Of a stretch of DNA of 10,725 nt, positions 8,122-10,725 are shown piece by piece (position 1 is the first letter of the stretch; every line of letters begins with the position of its first letter). The DNA comes from an uncultured Pseudomonadota bacterium (GTDB lineage: Bacteria > SAR324 > NAC60-12), in NCBI GenBank assembly GCA_913020725.1, contig CAJWCD010000122.1:1-10725 (forward strand), written 5' to 3'. The position numbers were made by a program, and so were the translations under genes. Under the pieces are notes generated by a model, which did not search any database, was not told the origin of the DNA, and saw only the letters and a program-made list of their open reading frames with translations.

Positions 8122-8295
8122 TACTTTTGTTTATCTGTTGATATACATCACCTAAGTCCCTACGCAGGATGCACCGTACCCCCCTACCATACATATATAT
8201 GCGGTAGCACAATTTGACCAAAAAGCAGTTGTGAACCAATGTATGCTGGGCAGACCTAAAAAAAGAGCTTGAGCCAATCAAGCCAGTAGACGCAA

Positions 8296-8643
8296 ATGGA
8301 TGTAGAGAAAATTCAACAAAAGCTCAGAGATTTCTCAGAAGAAAGAGATTGGGAACAGTTTCATAACCCAAAAAATCTCTCTATGGCTCTATCTGTTGAG
8401 GTTGCAGAACTAGTCGAAATTTTCCAGTGGTCTCAAAACGGCGGATTAGATGAGATAACAGACCCAAACACAAGAAAAAAAATAGAGAAAGAAATCGCAG
8501 ATGTATTTAATTACGTATTGAAAATAGCAGATCTCTTGGATATGGATTTGGAAAAAGCTGCTCTAGAAAAGATAGAGGAGAATGCTAAAAAATACCCTAT
8601 CGAAACCTCCAGAGGTAAGTCCATCAAATACGACCAATTATGA
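8296..8643 (+). CDS. MazG-like nucleotide pyrophosphohydrolase (all-alpha NTP-PPase, dCTPase-like)
   Basis: 115 aa with FSEERDWEQFHNPKNLSMALSVEVAELVEIFQW, EIADVFNY and KIEENAKKYP, typical of the MazG-like family. Confidence 0.92.
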   Translation: MDVEKIQQKLRDFSEERDWEQFHNPKNLSMALSVEVAELVEIFQWSQNGGLDEITDPNTRKKIEKEIADVFNYVLKIADLLDMDLEKAALEKIEENAKKYPIETSRGKSIKYDQL

Positions 8644-8943
8644 GAGTACATACTCAACCTTGTGGAGACAGCGATGCCCAAGAGCATTGGGTCGACACCA
8701 TTGAGAACAAAGTACCTATTTCTCGCATTCAAACTCACCTTACTCAGAACGATTTAGACACGTTTCCCGATACCCCGCAAAGTGAATTTACCGTTTGGGG
8801 GTAACCAATGGGAAAAAAGATGTGAATAAAAACAAATAGGAATCATGTCTCCAGGAGACCTAATACTTTTATACAGAAAAAAACGATTTTTCCAAGCTGG
8901 CAAAATTATTTTTAAGACACATAATGAAAATTTAGCTAAAGAA
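8640..8943 (+). pseudogene. Disrupted and truncated gene resembling the N-terminal (PUA/EVE-like) domain of HNH-type endonucleases
   Basis: ATG 8640 overlaps the MazG stop (ATGA) and reads MRVHTQPCGDSDAQEHWVDTIENKVP...FTVWG* (TAA 8802-8804). A -1 shift at G5 (8797-8801) gives VTNGKKDVNKNK*E, and another shift gives MSPGDLILLYRKKRFFQAGKIIFKTHNENLAKE. I recall the pattern QP...H..DTI...WGV..G...N..KW..M..GD..L.Y...HN..LA from such nucleases. Confidence 0.55.
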
Positions 8944-10008
8944 AGGGGTAAAAAACTATTCAATGCAGATTATATTAATGTCCAACCGCATTCAGGATCA
9001 CAGGCTAATATGGCTGTTTATTTAACCTTTCTAAAACCAGGCGATACTGTTATGGGTTTAAATTTAGCACATGGAGGTCATTTAACTCATGGGAGTCAAG
9101 TAAATTTTTCCGGACAATTATATAATTTTGTTTCCTATAATGTTAGTAGGAATAATGGATTGGTTAACTTTGAAGAAGTGATGAAGATTGCACAGGAATG
9201 TAATCCAAAATTAATCATTTGTGGTGGTAGTGCCTATCCTAGATTCATAGAGTTTAATAAATTTAAAAAAGTAGCAGATAAGGTGGGTGCTTATTTAATG
9301 GCAGATATTGCACATCCATCAGGTTTAATAGCATCAGGAATACATCCATCTCCTTGGCCTTTTTGTGATGTAGTTACATCAACAACTCATAAAACATTAA
9401 GAGGTCCAAGAGGAGGAATTATATTAGTTGGTAAAGATCTAGATAATAACTGGAATATTGTTGCTCCAAAATCAGGACGAATAAAAAAAATGTCAGAACT
9501 AATTGATAGTGCTGTTATGCCAGGTATACAAGGAGGACCTTTAATGCATGTTATAGCTGGTAAGGCTGTAGCATTTAAAGAGGCACTAAGTCCAAATTTT
9601 ACAAGTTATTGTAAACAAGTTGTATCAAATGCAGCTACGCTTGCAAATACATTGTTAGATCTAGGTTATAAACTTGTTTCTGGTGGGACTGATACGCATC
9701 TTATTTTGATCGACTGTACATCACTAGGCATTACCGGTCGTAAGGCACAAAATGCGCTAGAAGGATCGGGCATCATAGCTAACCGAAATACAATTCCATA
9801 TGACGAGCGTTCCCCTTTTGTAACGAGTGGTTTACGTATAGGGACACCTGCTCTGACTTCTCGAGGAATGGGAAGTGATGAGATGAAGAAACTTTCTTCG
9901 TGGATCATACGGGTCTTGAGTGATCCTGATGGTGAGGATGTTCGTGAAGGTGTTCGTAACGAGGTTACTGAATTTGCTCAAGTTTGGCCCGCTCCTAGCG
10001 GAGAGTAG
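8926..10008 (+). CDS. glyA: Serine hydroxymethyltransferase lacking roughly its first 70-75 residues; probably chimeric
   Basis: Motifs NVQPHSGSQAN, LAHGGHLTHG, ADIAHPSGL, TTHKTLRGPRGG (PLP lysine codon 9391-9393), QGGPLMHVIA, SGGTDTH and TSGLRIGTPALTSRG. The N-terminal ELIASEN and YAEGYPGKRYYGG motifs are absent. Confidence 0.9.
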   Translation, partial: ENLAKERGKKLFNADYINVQPHSGSQANMAVYLTFLKPGDTVMGLNLAHGGHLTHGSQVNFSGQLYNFVSYNVSRNNGLVNFEEVMKIAQECNPKLIICGGSAYPRFIEFNKFKKVADKVGAYLMADIAHPSGLIASGIHPSPWPFCDVVTSTTHKTLRGPRGGIILVGKDLDNNWNIVAPKSGRIKKMSELIDSAVMPGIQGGPLMHVIAGKAVAFKEALSPNFTSYCKQVVSNAATLANTLLDLGYKLVSGGTDTHLILIDCTSLGITGRKAQNALEGSGIIANRNTIPYDERSPFVTSGLRIGTPALTSRGMGSDEMKKLSSWIIRVLSDPDGEDVREGVRNEVTEFAQVWPAPSGE

Positions 10009-10174
10009 TCTGGGAGTTATTCTAAGTTCCCCTTACTTTTATTGCATGCTATTCTTTCGGAATCAAACCCTCCGTCTTGTCCGGAGCAAACCCAGAGTTT
10101 GATTTTTACTGTTTTATCGAAGTTCAGCTTCAGTAAATGGGTGAAAAGCGCTCGTGCGCAGAAAAAGAGTAAAA

Positions 10175-10468
10175 ATGCGCGAGTATGAGATTGTTATTGT
10201 GTATGACCTTGCCGTTAATGAGGCGGGGGGTCCGGATGCGAGTACTGACCACCTTAAGACTGCTATTGAGCGTAATGGCGGTACTGTTCTAAAGACTGAT
10301 CATTGGGGTAGACGTAGGCTTGCGTATCCTATCCAAAAGCAGCTAGATGCTGATTATGTCCTAGCACGTGTTGAAATGAGTGTGGATAGCCTGCCAAGAC
10401 TCAATTCGGAATTACATATCGACGAGAAGGTCTATCGGCATTTGATCGTACGTGCAGACGAATTACCT
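10175..10468 (+). CDS. rpsF: 30S ribosomal protein S6 (no stop codon; runs in frame into a foreign fragment)
   Basis: Translated by hand because the track omits it (no stop codon): MREYEIVIVYDLAVNEAGGPDASTDHLKTAIERNGGTVLKTDHWGRRRLAYPIQKQLDADYVLARVEMSVDSLPRLNSELHIDEKVYRHLIVRADELP. It has the S6 motifs MR.YE, WG.RRLAYPI.K and R.LIVR. Confidence 0.93.
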
Positions 10469-10725
10469 TCAGAAGATATTCAGGTTTCGTCAATAAAAGT
10501 TCATCCTGAATTGTCCAAATTTGATGAAAACCTAGAAAGTATTGATTTTGCTGAAACGATCAATAAAAAAGAATCGGCTCCGCAGTTCGGTTTAGGTATT
10601 GATTATATCAATGTAGGAACACGCACTGATATGGCAATTCCCAGTTCTGATAGCTATCGGAATGGGAAAGATATTGTGATGCCCATGCTTTCGTTTTCGA
10701 TCCCGATTTTCAACAATAAATATTC
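10469..10725 (+). other. Internal fragment of a TolC-family outer membrane efflux protein (Bacteroidota-like), in frame with rpsF and cut by the window end
   Basis: SEDIQVSSIKVHPELSKFDENLESIDFAETINKKESAPQFGLGIDYINVGTRTDMAIPSSDSYRNGKDIVMPMLSFSIPIFNNKY. The HPEL...P.FGLG.DY...SIPIFN pattern is recalled from TolC/OEP proteins. Confidence 0.65.

Noticed and set aside
8027..8281. 84-aa minus-strand ORF
   Set aside because: It has no recognisable motifs and spans an AT-rich region better explained by cis-acting sites.
8845..10725. Novel fusion proteins (extended GlyA, S6-TolC) as real biology
   Set aside because: Lost essential motifs, compositional steps and incompatible cellular locations favour chimeric joins.

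Overview
The window has two very different parts. Bases 1-8026 are a coherent, GC-rich (about 60%) bacterial segment. It holds a 5'-truncated acyl-CoA dehydrogenase, a doubly frameshifted DUF4258/YgiT-zinc-finger toxin-antitoxin-like pair, a translationally coupled mpl plus acyl-CoA ligase pair on the minus strand (mpl carries an internal 5x GGTTGTC heptamer repeat), a lipid A (LpxL/HtrB-family) acyltransferase with a long N-terminal extension, a hypothetical gene, a DUF1611 (DgcN-like) gene and a tRNA-Ile2(CAU). Immediately after the tRNA, GC drops sharply. An att-flank-like intergenic region is followed by a MazG-like nucleotide pyrophosphohydrolase coupled to a broken gene that resembles the N-terminal domain of PUA/EVE-HNH-type nucleases, a candidate defence module. 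From about 8930 onward the sequence is a patchwork with in-frame junctions: nuclease fragment to N-terminally truncated glyA, a composition and codon switch inside glyA, and ribosomal protein S6 fused to a TolC-like fragment (an ORF missing from the supplied track). These fusions are most simply explained as chimeric assembly of several organisms, not new biology. All family assignments come from motif recognition by eye; no searches were run.
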